DNA of 64,000 bases from an uncultured cyanobacterium (GTDB lineage: Bacteria > Cyanobacteriota > Cyanobacteriia > Cyanobacteriales > CAWCAG01). Positions 1 to 11,022 of the stretch are shown in pieces; position 1 is the stretch's first letter; every line of letters starts with the position of its first letter. The stretch spans positions 96,001 to 160,000 of the forward strand of contig CAWDOD010000010.1 in NCBI GenBank assembly GCA_963803805.1, written 5' to 3'. The translations under genes and the position numbers were made by a program. The notes beneath the pieces are model-generated. The model searched no databases. It was not told the DNA's origin and saw nothing but the letters and a program-made list of their open reading frames with translations.

Positions 1-245
1 GCCTAGTAGTTTTTTAAACATAGTATTTATTTGTTCTTGGCCATTATATATAGTTGAGCATCAGTCATTTTTGACCAGAGAACAATGACCAACAACTCTT
101 ACCTATGCTATCATTTATACGTTTTTCAGGGATACGGCGATTACGAATAAAATCCGTAAAAGAATAGGAAAATGGAGAGATCACCTTTCCCCTTTACCCC
201 AACCAGACTATCTGCGACACAACCAAAGAAAATGGCATTATTTCC

Positions 246-818
246 TTACCATTCCTCCGTTAAACTTTGATAATTAAACTTGGCAATGCCCGTATGACAA
301 CTAGCACAGTTGTTGAGACGTATTGGCTTCGGTAAGTCTACTTTAGGATGGAGAGCTTGGAAATAGCGAGATTGAGATACCCTTTCTGGTTTATCCTCTC
401 CTTCATTGAGAGGGCGGGAATAGTCCCGAATATAAGACCACATAATGCGGATATCTAAAGGATTCATTTTCGGCAGTTTCTGTCCATAATGATCATCAGG
501 TTGTAGTAAAATTTGCCGCCAGCTTTCTGTTGGTAAAACGGCTGGAGGTAAAGCAATATGGCAGCTAGCACAGTTTTTTAAATAAAGTTCCTGACCCATT
601 TGATAGCGACTCGGAAGGTTGTCAGGATCAAGACTTTTCTGCCCCTGTTTAAGGCTATTGCTCTCTGAATCTGCTGGAGAGGAGGAAGAGACAGGGAGAG
701 GAGGAGAATCTAAGGCAACAGCCATACCCCAACCCAAAACTATTCCCCACAACAAAAATAAAAGCAAAAAAACCGTAACAACATTCCTGTTTTTTCTTCT
801 TTTCCGAAGTCTTTTCAT
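246..818 (-). CDS. Diheme cytochrome c (DHC family)
   Basis: N-terminal membrane/signal helix; two CxxCH motifs (CASCH twice); 'ALPPAVLPTESW' and 'HYG' segments typical of DHC proteins. Confidence 0.8.
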   Translation of the reverse strand: MKRLRKRRKNRNVVTVFLLLFLLWGIVLGWGMAVALDSPPLPVSSSSPADSESNSLKQGQKSLDPDNLPSRYQMGQELYLKNCASCHIALPPAVLPTESWRQILLQPDDHYGQKLPKMNPLDIRIMWSYIRDYSRPLNEGEDKPERVSQSRYFQALHPKVDLPKPIRLNNCASCHTGIAKFNYQSLTEEW

Positions 819-901
819 AAAATCATTCCCTAGCCAAAGACACCATTAATAACTGTAAGACTTTGCTATTACCTTAGACATAACTATTCATTGTTCACTG
901 A

Positions 902-1831
902 TCATTGATGATCCACTGGCATTGATCTCAACAACCGATCCACCACTGTTCGCCCTTGTCTCCCTCCGGCGGGAATGAGACGATGACAAAGTACGTGGGG
1001 AGCCATTAATTTAACATCGTCGGGGATGACATAATCTCGTTCTGAGAGAAAGGCTAAAGCCTGAGTCGCTTTTTGCAGGGCGACTGTTCCTCTGGGGGAT
1101 ACTCCTAAAGTGATTTCTTCATCTTCGCGGGAAGCTCTTACTAAATTGAGGATGTAGCGTTGTATGCTAGGTTTAACCTTCACTTGCTTAACTAACTGTT
1201 GCAAATCTTGGATTGCTTCTATAGATATACAAGGTTCTAGTTCATCAACAGTAATATTTCCCTGTTGTCTTTGCAGCATCTGTAATTCTTCTGCTTCTGT
1301 GGGATAACCAAGGCTAAAAGAAAGGGCGAAACGATCCATTTGTGCTTCCGGTAAAGGGAAAGTGCCTTGATATTCGATAGGATTTTGGGTGGCGACAACA
1401 AAGAATGGTTGGGGAACTTTGCGGGGATAGCCATCTACCGTTACCTGTTTTTCTTCCATCACTTCCAATAATGCTGATTGAGTTCTAGGGGTGGCGCGGT
1501 TAATTTCGTCAGCTAAAAGAATATTAGAAAAAACTGGGCCTGACATAAATTCAAATTCCCGGCTACTGGGGTTCCAAATATTGGTTCCAGTGATGTCGCT
1601 AGGCAGAAGATCCGGAGTGCATTGAACACGCTGAAACTTGCCGTTAATAGAACGGGCTAAGGATTTGGCTAAAAGAGTTTTACCAACCCCAGGTACATCT
1701 TCTAGTAAAGCGTGTCCTTCACCAAGCAAGGCGACTAAGACTAAGCGAATAGCCTTATCTTTCCCCACAATGGTACGTCCTAAGTTGTCGGTTAACTTTT
1801 TAATTGTCCCTTTGGTGGTTTCATCGATCAT
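902..1831 (-). CDS. moxR: MoxR-family AAA+ ATPase
   Basis: EDVPGVGKT Walker A, LLADEINRA, ATQNPIEYQGTFPLPEAQMDRF, GVSPRG. Confidence 0.92.
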   Translation of the reverse strand: MIDETTKGTIKKLTDNLGRTIVGKDKAIRLVLVALLGEGHALLEDVPGVGKTLLAKSLARSINGKFQRVQCTPDLLPSDITGTNIWNPSSREFEFMSGPVFSNILLADEINRATPRTQSALLEVMEEKQVTVDGYPRKVPQPFFVVATQNPIEYQGTFPLPEAQMDRFALSFSLGYPTEAEELQMLQRQQGNITVDELEPCISIEAIQDLQQLVKQVKVKPSIQRYILNLVRASREDEEITLGVSPRGTVALQKATQALAFLSERDYVIPDDVKLMAPHVLCHRLIPAGGRQGRTVVDRLLRSMPVDHQ

Positions 1832-1913
1832 TAGTTGTTTTGCAGTGTCTTACCCAATTTCAAGTTCTATACTAGTACCATCTGGCATATCAAAAACCAA
1901 TAGAGACAGACAA

Positions 1914-3605
1914 CTAGCTTCCAAAAACTGAATTAAAAACTGATTTAATTGTCTCTTGAGCATCCCGCCAACGACTAGTAAAAGGTTGTTGTTGTTGTAA
2001 GAAAACCCTGGCACAATTCCTGCCTGGCATACCAGAAATTGCTCCGCCGGGATGGGTTCCAGCCCCAGTTAAAAACAAACCTTCAATAGGGGTTTTATAG
2101 TTAGCTATTTCTGGTAAAGGACGTAAAAAAACCATTTGGTCAATGGTCATATCCATATGATAATAATTACCTTTATAACTTCCTAATCTTTGGGCTAATT
2201 CCGCTGGACTTTCTACACGTCGGGCAATAACATTTTCTTTGACATTCGGAGCATATTCGGCCAGTTTATCCATAACCCGATCAGCAACCTTGTTCTTAAC
2301 TTCATCCGTCCAACCAGTACCATTTAAACCAGTCCCTTCTGCCCCATAAATTTGGTAGGGAGCAAAAAACTCGATCCACAGGGTATGTTTGCCTTCCGGA
2401 GCCATGGAGGGGTCAAGAACGGTAGGTACATCAAGGTACAGAGAAGGGTCACTATCAGGAATTTCCCCCATATTGGCCAAAGCATGGGCTTTTTCTACTT
2501 GGTTGACAGAATCAGCAATCAGAACTGTTCCGATTAAATATTCATCTTGATGATTATGGTTAATAAATCGGGGAGGTTCTGATAAAGCACAGTCGATTTT
2601 AAGAATTGTTTCATTATTGTTAGCAATTTTCCTCTCTAAGCGATCGCGCAACTGCGAATCCACTTCGGCAACATCCCCTGGCTCCATTAACTGTAAAAAG
2701 AGTCGTTGGGCATCAATATTGGAAATAACCCCCGCCTTAGCTAAATATTCCTTCCCTCCAGCTACCCTTACTCCCACCGCATGACCCTCATTAACCAAAA
2801 CCTTCTCCACCCCTTGGTCAGTAAGAATTGTGCCTCCTTCAGCCTTTACTAGCTTAACCAAAGCCTCTGTTAAAGCCCCTGTACCACCGCGAGGTCTAGC
2901 CATACCAGGATGGTGACGCATAGCCATCATCATCGCCCCGGCGGTAATACCTTTTTGGGAAGGAGGAGCGCCAATTTCTGCTGCTAACCTAGCCAGAGGC
3001 GCTCGAACAATTTCGCTATCAAACCATTCATTAATCAAATCTTCTGGGCTAGATAGCATAGTGCGTATGAAGTCTAGTGTTTTTTTTGTGGAGCCAACAC
3101 TCTTAAATAAATCTTTGATTTTTCCTTTGTCAAAATTACCAGCGATATCTAATAAAGACTTAGGAGGAGAATTAAAAAGTGGGGTGATCGCTCCCATCAA
3201 GCTTTGCCAATAATCAATAAATTCAGCGTACTTAAGAGCATCTCGCTGGCTATAACGGGCAATTTCTGCACAAGTTGCCTCAACAGATTTATGTGCTAAA
3301 AAATACTTACCATCAGGATGGGGACAAAAAACTATCGGATCACAAAAAAGATATTCCAAGCCGTATTTATGGAGTTGTAATTCCTCGATAACCGGACTCA
3401 GAAAAATAAATTCATGGTCAATGGCGCAAAGATTAAACTTGAACCCAGAGGCTTCGGTGGGCATTGCTTCTTCTGTAGTAGCTGCTCCTCCAGGTACAGG
3501 GCGCTTTTCCAATAGTAAAACTTTATAGCCAGCTTTGAGTAGATAAGCTCCGCAGACCAAACCATTATGACCTGCACCAATAATAATTACATCATAAGTT
3601 TCCAT
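1914..3605 (-). CDS. crtO: Beta-carotene ketolase CrtO (phytoene dehydrogenase-like FAD oxidoreductase)
   Basis: IIGAGHNGLVC FAD motif, 'CAIDHEFIFL..YGLEYLFCDP', GAGTHPGGAISGMPGRN, as recalled for cyanobacterial CrtO. Confidence 0.8.
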   Translation of the reverse strand: METYDVIIIGAGHNGLVCGAYLLKAGYKVLLLEKRPVPGGAATTEEAMPTEASGFKFNLCAIDHEFIFLSPVIEELQLHKYGLEYLFCDPIVFCPHPDGKYFLAHKSVEATCAEIARYSQRDALKYAEFIDYWQSLMGAITPLFNSPPKSLLDIAGNFDKGKIKDLFKSVGSTKKTLDFIRTMLSSPEDLINEWFDSEIVRAPLARLAAEIGAPPSQKGITAGAMMMAMRHHPGMARPRGGTGALTEALVKLVKAEGGTILTDQGVEKVLVNEGHAVGVRVAGGKEYLAKAGVISNIDAQRLFLQLMEPGDVAEVDSQLRDRLERKIANNNETILKIDCALSEPPRFINHNHQDEYLIGTVLIADSVNQVEKAHALANMGEIPDSDPSLYLDVPTVLDPSMAPEGKHTLWIEFFAPYQIYGAEGTGLNGTGWTDEVKNKVADRVMDKLAEYAPNVKENVIARRVESPAELAQRLGSYKGNYYHMDMTIDQMVFLRPLPEIANYKTPIEGLFLTGAGTHPGGAISGMPGRNCARVFLQQQQPFTSRWRDAQETIKSVFNSVFGS

Positions 3606-3759
3606 AAATTATGCTCCAAGGGCAAAATAGACCAGCAACAAAATAGAATAGAGTATATAGCCCTTCATAGTTCTCTATTCAGAGAGTATGGCTTAAAGCA
3701 AAGCTCCCAGTTATACTGGCAAAGTCCGCAGATTTTTACAGAGGAAATCGACAACATCT

Positions 3760-4086
3760 ATGAATTCTGCTGTTAAAGTAATTAAACCTTCCGGAATCTT
3801 GGACGGGACAAAAGCGAGTGAATTTCGTCAGGAAATTCAAAAATGCGTCGAAGATAAGGCCGAAATTATCGTCATTGATTTTCGTGATGTGACTTTTATG
3901 GATAGCTCTGGTTTAGGAGCATTGGTATTAGCCCTTAAAACTGTTCGTACTGTTGGTTCCAAGCTATTTTTGTGTTCCATAAATGAACAAATTAAAATGT
4001 TGTTTGAGCTAACCAGTATGGATTGAGTATTTGAAATCTTTGATAATTATGAAGATTTCCAAGAAAAAGTCTTAACCAAATCTTAA
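3760..4086 (+). pseudogene. STAS-domain anti-sigma factor antagonist with an in-frame TGA at 4024-4026 (nonsense mutation or sequence error)
   Basis: VTFMDSSGLGALV STAS motif; the frame continues past TGA as VFEIFDNYEDFQEKVLTKS* (family consensus MDRVFEIF, so CGA->TGA). Confidence 0.75.
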
Positions 4087-4120
4087 AGATACCTAATTTG
4101 TCAAGTTAGCTCAATTCAAC

Positions 4121-4166
4121 CAAAAGCCCCACGTTGGTAATTTAAAATTTCGGCGTGGGATAGATG
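4121..4166. terminator. Hairpin between convergent genes (CCCACGTTG...CGGCGTGGG)
   Basis: Imperfect inverted repeat between the STAS gene and the PP2C response-regulator gene. Confidence 0.35.
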
Positions 4167-4184
4167 TTTTGTATCTATGCCTGT

Positions 4185-5324
4185 TTAAACAAAATCTATT
4201 TGCATCAGGGAAAGATCGTCATCTAGAACGTCCTGAGAGTTGAAAGATTGAACTTTTTCAATTAACAACTCCAAATCCCACTGAGGTTTTTTTTGGTACT
4301 CTTTAAGCTGTTCAATGAAATTGTCTAAACCCCAAAGAGTACCATCGGACTGGCTAAGTTCATAAATACCATCGCTGAAAATATAAAGACTAGCATCAGG
4401 GTCAATTTGGCAACGAGTGTCTATGTATTCAGCATCAGGAAACATCCCCACCGGAAAACCTGGTGTTTTCAGAAGCTGTACCTCTAAGCTGGATTTATCC
4501 CTAGGGCTGAGGAGGACTGCTGGGGGGTGTCCAGCACTAGCATAAACAAGCTGACGTTGTTTTGTGTCATAAACTCCGTACCAAATAGTAAAATATTTGT
4601 CATTGCGCTGAGTCATTTGGAAAGCATCATTTAAGCCTCTAAGAACTTCGCTAGGTTGATGATAATTAACTTTGGGCAAGCCCTTAGAACGTAGAAGATT
4701 CATTACCGATAAAGAAGGTAAAGCCGCCCTCAAACCATGACCTGAAACATCTAGTAGATACATGGCTATACGGTCTTCATCAAGCCAGTAGTAATCGAAA
4801 CTATCGCCCCCTAATTGGCTAGAAGGAATAAACTTAAGATTAATAGATATTCTTGATTCCTTCAAAGGCTCTGGCAAAATTGAGCAAACATATTCTGCGG
4901 CTTCGGCTAATTCGGCCTCTAAAAGCTGCTTTTGTTGTTGCAAGTCATTAGCTAGTTGATGTTGCCTTAAACCAGAACGAACACGGGCATCTAACTCAAA
5001 TATTTCAATGGGTTTACAAACAAAATCATCGGCCCCTGCATCTAAACCTTCGACGCGGTCATCTACAGAATCTCTAGAAGTTAGTAGTATAAAAAAAGTA
5101 GTCGAAAGCTTTGGGGTGGCTTTAATCTGACGACAAACTTCAATGCCATTCATGTGGGGCATCATCCAGTCGCAGATTACCATGCCAGGAACAATTTCCT
5201 TGGCTTTGGCTAAACCCTCCTTGCCGTCACTAGCAACGGTGACATCGTAACCACTTTTGGCTAAAGTTCTTTTCAGCAACATCTGAATTGCTGGGTCATC
5301 GTCAATAATAAGTATTTGCTCCAT
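4185..5324 (-). CDS. Response regulator receiver + SpoIIE/PP2C phosphatase (RsbU/RsbP-like)
   Basis: ILIIDDD...CDWMMP receiver; GGDSFDY, LDVSGHG, SAGHPP, FSDGIYE, DDDLSL PP2C motifs. Confidence 0.92.
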   Translation of the reverse strand: MEQILIIDDDPAIQMLLKRTLAKSGYDVTVASDGKEGLAKAKEIVPGMVICDWMMPHMNGIEVCRQIKATPKLSTTFFILLTSRDSVDDRVEGLDAGADDFVCKPIEIFELDARVRSGLRQHQLANDLQQQKQLLEAELAEAAEYVCSILPEPLKESRISINLKFIPSSQLGGDSFDYYWLDEDRIAMYLLDVSGHGLRAALPSLSVMNLLRSKGLPKVNYHQPSEVLRGLNDAFQMTQRNDKYFTIWYGVYDTKQRQLVYASAGHPPAVLLSPRDKSSLEVQLLKTPGFPVGMFPDAEYIDTRCQIDPDASLYIFSDGIYELSQSDGTLWGLDNFIEQLKEYQKKPQWDLELLIEKVQSFNSQDVLDDDLSLMQIDFV

Positions 5325-5514
5325 GACAGGTCAGTGATTTAACTCGCGCTTAAATTGGCTCCCATTCTCAACTAGACTAGACTTAATTTGATAAATTTGG
5401 AAAACATAAGAATAAAATGTCGGTCGGTAGTCAAGTATCAAGTCCATAAATTCAGGCTAAACTAGATTTGCTATTAGTACTGTTATTTAATTTGGTAACA
5501 ATAGCTACTTTGTT

Positions 5515-5980
5515 GTGACGTTAAAGGGATTTGGGCTGTTGACAGTTCTCAAAAAAACTTTGACAACCTTTTCTACGGATCTGAAGTTATTAGATGACGT
5601 TTTGTCTTGGTTTGATCCTTTTAAACCTTCTTCAGTATCCCTAAAATATTGGCTGGAGTGCAAATTAGCTCTGGCCGAAGGATTTACTAATGCTGTTCGC
5701 CACGCCCATAGAGGGCTGCCTACAGATGAATTGATTGAAATTGAGGTCACTTTGTATACCGATCACTTAGAGATGCGTATTTGGGATTGCGGTCACTCCT
5801 TTTGATTTGAGCGCCCATCTCAACAACTTGTTAGAAAAAAAAGATAATCAGTGGGCAGGGGGCGGTCGTGGTTTGGAAATTTTGCAGAAAATCTCCGATT
5901 TTCTGAGTTACACTCGCATTGATGATAGTCGTAATTGCTTGTTAATAGGAAAAGATTACGATTCGGTACAACCGGATTGA
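5515..5980 (+). pseudogene. RsbW-like anti-sigma factor / Ser kinase (HATPase_c), frameshifted near 5797
   Basis: LALAEGFTNAVRHAH and IWDCG in the first frame; the +1 frame continues PFDLSAH...GGGRGLEILQKISDFLSYTR...NCLLIGK..* to 5980. Confidence 0.8.
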
Positions 5981-5992
5981 GCTTATGAGTTT

Positions 5993-6817
5993 ATGAGTCA
6001 AGTTAAGCCACCCCTAGTTGATTGTGCTTGGTTAGCAGGGCAATTAAATAATCCCCAGGTGGTAATTTTAGATTGTCGTTTCGATTTGTCTGACCCTCAA
6101 TGGGGAGAGAGACAGTATCGTCACAGTCATATTCCAGGAGCCTATTATTTACATTTAGACCAAGATTTATCTGCACCTCTTAAACGCCATGGAGGCCGCC
6201 ATCCCCTACCTGTAACTCAGGAATTTGCTAGTAAAATGGCTAGTCTGGGAGTCGATTTTGGGAAAACCTTAGTAGTTGCCTATGATAGTTCCCGTTTGGC
6301 TTTTGCTGCCCGCCTGTGGTGGTTATTACGCTATTTTGGTCACGACCATGTAGCTGTTTTAGATGGGGGTTGGTTAGCTTGGCAAGAAGGGCAATATCCC
6401 GTTAGTAATACTTTGGACATACCTAGCCCAGGTAATTTTATTCCTCAAGTAAGAACTGATTGGATAGTAGATATCGAAACTGTTAAGAATTACCAGAATT
6501 GCCCGGAAATTATTTTAGTTGATTCTCGCGATCGTGATAGATATTTAGGAAAAATAGAGCCTCTAGACCCTGTGGCGGGACATATTCCGGGTGCAATTAA
6601 TTTACCTTGGAAAGAAGTTACAGAACCATCACAGAAAATTCGCTCTCCCTTAGAACAAAGCCAAAGATGGCAAAAATATCAGTTTGGTTCTCCTTTAGTT
6701 GTTTATTGTGGTTCAGGGGTAACAGCCTGTGTTAACCTTCTCTCTTTGGAAATAGCCCAAATTAACAATGCCAAACTATATCCTGGGGGGTGGAGTGACT
6801 GGTGTTCTTATGATTGA
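5993..6817 (+). CDS. Rhodanese / 3-mercaptopyruvate sulfurtransferase (SseA-like)
   Basis: HIPGA twice, GGRHPLP, YCGSGVTAC active site, LYPGGWSDW. Confidence 0.9.
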   Translation: MSQVKPPLVDCAWLAGQLNNPQVVILDCRFDLSDPQWGERQYRHSHIPGAYYLHLDQDLSAPLKRHGGRHPLPVTQEFASKMASLGVDFGKTLVVAYDSSRLAFAARLWWLLRYFGHDHVAVLDGGWLAWQEGQYPVSNTLDIPSPGNFIPQVRTDWIVDIETVKNYQNCPEIILVDSRDRDRYLGKIEPLDPVAGHIPGAINLPWKEVTEPSQKIRSPLEQSQRWQKYQFGSPLVVYCGSGVTACVNLLSLEIAQINNAKLYPGGWSDWCSYD

Positions 6818-7296
6818 TTAACGATTTATTTCAGTAAATATCAAACTGCGATAATCTTGTCATCTCAATAACATATAATCTCAATATAAGTGTAGAGTTG
6901 GGAGGTCAAAATAATAGTTTCGTTTTCTGAGGTGAATATTTTTTTAGTTTATTTAATAGGTAATAATCTCTATTGTCTCAAGAATGCCTAAATTAAAATA
7001 TAGTTTAGTGGTGGGGAATTCAGCCTGAAGTTGTTTGGTCAGAAAATCCCCACTTTCTTAGTGTTTGGTCAATAAATAAAGGGAAAAAATAATTTTAAAA
7101 CTAACTCAAAGATATTGAGGCTTGGAAGTTTATTTTTATCCTCTTAATTATAAAAATTGAAAGTATGGAAAGGGAAGCTCGTTATGAGTTTTGCTGCACT
7201 AGCAAGGTTTTTTTATTATTAAATAAATGAGTAAATCTTGTTAGTATAGTAAGTTGCGATCTTTTTATTTGTAAATTTTAGGTATATATTAAGTTT

Positions 7297-7815
7297 ATGC
7301 GTTTCACTGAGAACCGTCTTTCGATTTTCGTGGACGGGAACAATATGTTCTACGCGCAGCAAAAAAATGGTTGGTTCTTTGACCCCAGGCGTGTATTAGA
7401 ATATTTCAAAAGTCCTCCCGAACTTACCCTAGTTAATGCCTTTTGGTATACAGGTTTAAAAGACTCCCAAGACCAACGAGGATTTAGAGATGCGCTTATT
7501 AGTTTAGGTTATACAGTACGAACCAAAATACTTAAAGAATATTACGATGATAACTCCGGACGCTATTCTCAAAAAGCCAATCTTGATATAGAAATTGTTG
7601 TAGATATGTTTAATACCTGCGAACAATATAATCGTGTAGTTCTTTTTAGTGGCGATGGGGATTTTGAAAGAGCTATTGAGCTATTACGCTCTAAAAATAC
7701 TCATATTACAGTGGTATCTACAGAAGGGATGATCGCTAGGGAATTGAGGAACGTTACAGATTCTTATATAGATTTAAACGATATTCGTGATCGCATCGAA
7801 AAATATGATTTTTAA
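7297..7815 (+). CDS. labA: LabA-like NYN-domain protein
   Basis: IFVDGNNMFYAQQKNGWFFDP, KANLDIEIVVDMF, LFSGDGDFERA. Confidence 0.85.
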   Translation: MRFTENRLSIFVDGNNMFYAQQKNGWFFDPRRVLEYFKSPPELTLVNAFWYTGLKDSQDQRGFRDALISLGYTVRTKILKEYYDDNSGRYSQKANLDIEIVVDMFNTCEQYNRVVLFSGDGDFERAIELLRSKNTHITVVSTEGMIARELRNVTDSYIDLNDIRDRIEKYDF

Positions 7816-7905
7816 AGAGTGCTAATTCCTAATAGAGAGATAAAATTGCTATAGTTTGTTCTATAGCTAGAGAAAAATATTTTATCTCCATCTTTGCAAT
7901 TTGCC

Positions 7906-9516
7906 ATGAATAATCAATCAGACCGCATCATCATTTTTGATACCACACTTCGAGACGGGGAGCAGTCTCCTGGTGCAACCCTCAACGGCGATGAAAAGCT
8001 ACTGATTGCCAGGCAGTTAGCACGTTTGGGGGTGGATATTATTGAAGCAGGTTTTGCCTACGCTAGTCCAGGAGATTTCCAGGCGATTAATCGCATTGCT
8101 CAAATTGTCGGAACAGAAGATGGGCCAACGATTTGTAGTTTGGCTAGGGCAACTAAACAAGATATCAAAGCTGCTGCTGAATCGATTGAACCTGCTTACA
8201 ATTCGCGGATTCATACCTTTATTGCCACTTCTGATATTCATTTGCAGTACAAATTAAAGAAGACAAGGCAAGAAGTTTTAGAAATTGCTCGTGAAATGGT
8301 GGCTTATGCTAAATCTTTTGTTGATGATGTGGAATTTTCTCCGGAAGATGCTGTCCGAAGTGATCCGGAGTTTCTTTACCAAGTGATTGAAGGGGCGATC
8401 GCAGCCGGGGCTACAACTGTTAATATTCCTGATACCGTTGGTTATACGACTCCCACAGAGTTTGGGGCTTTGATTGGTGGTATTAAAGAAAATGTACCAA
8501 ATATTGACCAAGCGATTATTTCTGTTCATGGCCACAACGACTTAGGTTTGGCCGTAGCGAACTTCCTGGAAGCTGTGAAGAATGGGGCGCGGCAATTAGA
8601 ATGTACCATTAACGGTATTGGTGAACGAGCTGGTAATGCCGCTTTGGAAGAGTTAGTTATGGCCCTCCATGTCCGTAGGCAGTATTTTAACCCTTTCTTT
8701 GGTAGAAAGCCGGAGTCAGAAGCACCGTTGACGCAAATTAATACCCAGGAAATTTATAAAACCTCCCGTTTAGTCTCTAATTTAACGGGGATGATGGTGC
8801 AGCCCAATAAAGCGATTGTGGGGACTAATGCTTTTGCCCATGAATCTGGTATTCACCAAGATGGAGTTCTCAAAAACAAACTAACCTACGAAATAATGGA
8901 TGCCCAATCCATTGGTTTGAATAATAACCAAATTATCTTGGGTAAGCATTCAGGGCGTAACGCTTTTCGGACTCGCCTCCAAGAGTTAGGTTTTGAACTT
9001 TCTGATATAGAACTTAACAAAGCCTTTTTACGCTTTAAAGATGTTGCAGATAAGAAAAAAGAAATCACTGACTGGGACTTAGAAGCAATTGTTAATGATG
9101 AAATTCAACAAGCCCCTGAACTATTCCGCCTAGAATTAGTACAAGTTTCCTGTGGCGATCGCGCGACTCCTACAGCCACAGTTACTCTCCGTACCCCCGA
9201 TGGTAAAGAGTTAAGCGATGCAGCTATTGGTACAGGACCTGTAGATGCAGTTTACCAAGCCATTAACCGTGTAGTTAATGTACCCAATGAATTAATTGAA
9301 TTTTCCGTTAAATCAGTAACTGCGGGTATTGATGCTATTGGTGAGGTGACTATACGCCTACGTCATGAAGGTAAAGTTTATTCTGGACATTCAGCCAATA
9401 CAGATATTATTACTGCTTCGGCTAGGGCTTATATAAGTGCTTTAAATCGTCTTTATGGCGCTTTACAACAAAGGGAAAAAGGTTCTTCAGAAGAAATTGT
9501 TAGTAATGCAATTTAA
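7906..9516 (+). CDS. leuA: 2-isopropylmalate synthase
   Basis: [45 protein letters not shown] regulatory domain; ATG at 7906 preferred over TTG at 7894. Confidence 0.95.
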   Translation: MNNQSDRIIIFDTTLRDGEQSPGATLNGDEKLLIARQLARLGVDIIEAGFAYASPGDFQAINRIAQIVGTEDGPTICSLARATKQDIKAAAESIEPAYNSRIHTFIATSDIHLQYKLKKTRQEVLEIAREMVAYAKSFVDDVEFSPEDAVRSDPEFLYQVIEGAIAAGATTVNIPDTVGYTTPTEFGALIGGIKENVPNIDQAIISVHGHNDLGLAVANFLEAVKNGARQLECTINGIGERAGNAALEELVMALHVRRQYFNPFFGRKPESEAPLTQINTQEIYKTSRLVSNLTGMMVQPNKAIVGTNAFAHESGIHQDGVLKNKLTYEIMDAQSIGLNNNQIILGKHSGRNAFRTRLQELGFELSDIELNKAFLRFKDVADKKKEITDWDLEAIVNDEIQQAPELFRLELVQVSCGDRATPTATVTLRTPDGKELSDAAIGTGPVDAVYQAINRVVNVPNELIEFSVKSVTAGIDAIGEVTIRLRHEGKVYSGHSANTDIITASARAYISALNRLYGALQQREKGSSEEIVSNAI

Positions 9517-9553
9517 GGTTAGCGCTGAATCTTAGTACTTACCTAGGGACACA

Positions 9554-9588
9554 ATTTTGTAAGGTGAGCATTACTCACCTTACAAAAT
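9554..9588. repeat. Perfect 15-bp palindromic stem (REP-like or terminator) after leuA
   Basis: ATTTTGTAAGGTGAG-CATTA-CTCACCTTACAAAAT. Confidence 0.7.
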
Positions 9589-9867
9589 ATAATGATGAAA
9601 ATTCTCATCACACTGTGGAGAAATTGTGTAGGGAACAAAGCCGTGTTAATTTACATTAGACTTGTCCAGAAATTAACTTGAAACCATTACGAAATCTGGA
9701 CTACATTTTAATTGTTGGACAGGTCATTTGAAGCTAAAGTAGATACTCTTAACTGACAGATTAGATGTAGAGATGCAACCTATGAAACAGCAATCTAGTT
9801 AATTGTGAACTAATTGTTGACCGTAGAGATGTTTGATTTTCGTCATCACAAAAATAGACTAAATTCC

Positions 9868-10077
9868 CTAGAAAAGATCGCACATCACATCAATAACAAC
9901 TTGCTGAAGTTGGCGACTAGGGGCTTTAATTTCTTCTTTGCTAACAGACTTGCTGTGATATTCCGCTAAACATAACTCTTGATTATCTGGTTGAGAGTGC
10001 AGTGCTTTGGGTGGAACATCAGAAGAATTGAGTGACGAGATTGGCAACTCGTTCATATTGGTTAAGGTTATGTCCAT
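9868..10077 (-). CDS. Small hypothetical protein (69 aa)
   Basis: ORF preceded by an AAGGAG SD; no recognisable motif. Confidence 0.35.
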   Translation of the reverse strand: MDITLTNMNELPISSLNSSDVPPKALHSQPDNQELCLAEYHSKSVSKEEIKAPSRQLQQVVIDVMCDLF

Positions 10078-10430
10078 AACTACATTTGCTCCTTAAGATT
10101 CAAACAATTTCCAGCTTTTCAGTAAGAAAAATACTTGCCAAGTATAGTTTTTGACTGCTCTATCAACCTCGGCCAAATGTCGTATACAAATAAGATTCTT
10201 GTGTATGAGGCTATATTGAGCAATTATTTCTTCCTTAAGATAGAAGCCTTAACTATAAACTATATCAATTCTTAAAGTTTTCAGTGCATTTCGCAAACAA
10301 ACTAAATTAATGAATAAAAAATTTACTCTATTTAGTTCATATCACGTAATTAACTAGGAAATTATTAAGCAAAAGCGAATCTTATAATTAACTAGACCAA
10401 CTCTAAAAAAATGCTCAATGATCAATGACA

Positions 10431-10928
10431 TTACCATCCCATTGTCCCTGGTTCTCCTTTAAAAGGACCGACAATATCATCAGTTATCCAGCCCCCATAA
10501 AAGTTTCCTGGCTGAGGTTTTACTAATTCGCCTTCAACATAGCAAGCAGTCATGAGATTAGGGTAAAAGCCGAAATAGCCTTGAATAGGGACGAAATTAG
10601 GGGTAGGTTCAAAATAACTCCACGCCGCAAATTGAACTTGCTTTGCTCCTACGGAAATATGGTAGTAGCAGCAGTAACCCTTCCACTCACACCAAGTCTT
10701 ACGGGGAGTTTCTTGGAGATATTCCCGCTTAACGTCTTCTGGGGGAACGTAGTATACAGGAGGATGACTTGTTTCTAAAACTCTTTTGCCTCGTCGGGTT
10801 TCGGCAATAACTAGATCATTAAAAACAACTTTAATCTGTTTGTGGGTATCTTCTAAAATTGCCGGGCGAGGATAATCCCACACGGATTCTTGTCCTGGTT
10901 GTGGTTTAATAGGTTCTGGTTTGAGCAT
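10431..10928 (-). CDS. DUF427 family protein
   Basis: ESVWDYPRP, VLETSHPPVYY, CEWKG, FYGGWIT..GPFKG. Confidence 0.9.
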   Translation of the reverse strand: MLKPEPIKPQPGQESVWDYPRPAILEDTHKQIKVVFNDLVIAETRRGKRVLETSHPPVYYVPPEDVKREYLQETPRKTWCEWKGYCCYYHISVGAKQVQFAAWSYFEPTPNFVPIQGYFGFYPNLMTACYVEGELVKPQPGNFYGGWITDDIVGPFKGEPGTMGW

Positions 10929-11022
10929 AATTCATAGTAGATATGTGTTTAATTGCTCAGGTTATCGGTTATCAATGATCAATGACCAATGATCATTGAT
11001 CATTGATGAATATTTAGTTGGG

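Noticed and set aside
4024-4026. TGA recoding (selenocysteine or alternative genetic code)
   Set aside because: The consensus residue is Arg (CGA), and TGA is used as a normal stop elsewhere in the window.
10080-10095. SD followed by an ATG-TAG mini-ORF upstream of the 69-aa ORF (minus strand)
   Set aside because: The SD-ATG spacing is only 3 nt and the downstream ORF is itself uncertain; likely chance.
10960-11010. CAATGAT-type heptamer repeats (also near 890 and 10415)
   Set aside because: Ordinary cyanobacterial short tandem intergenic repeats with no spacers; not CRISPR.
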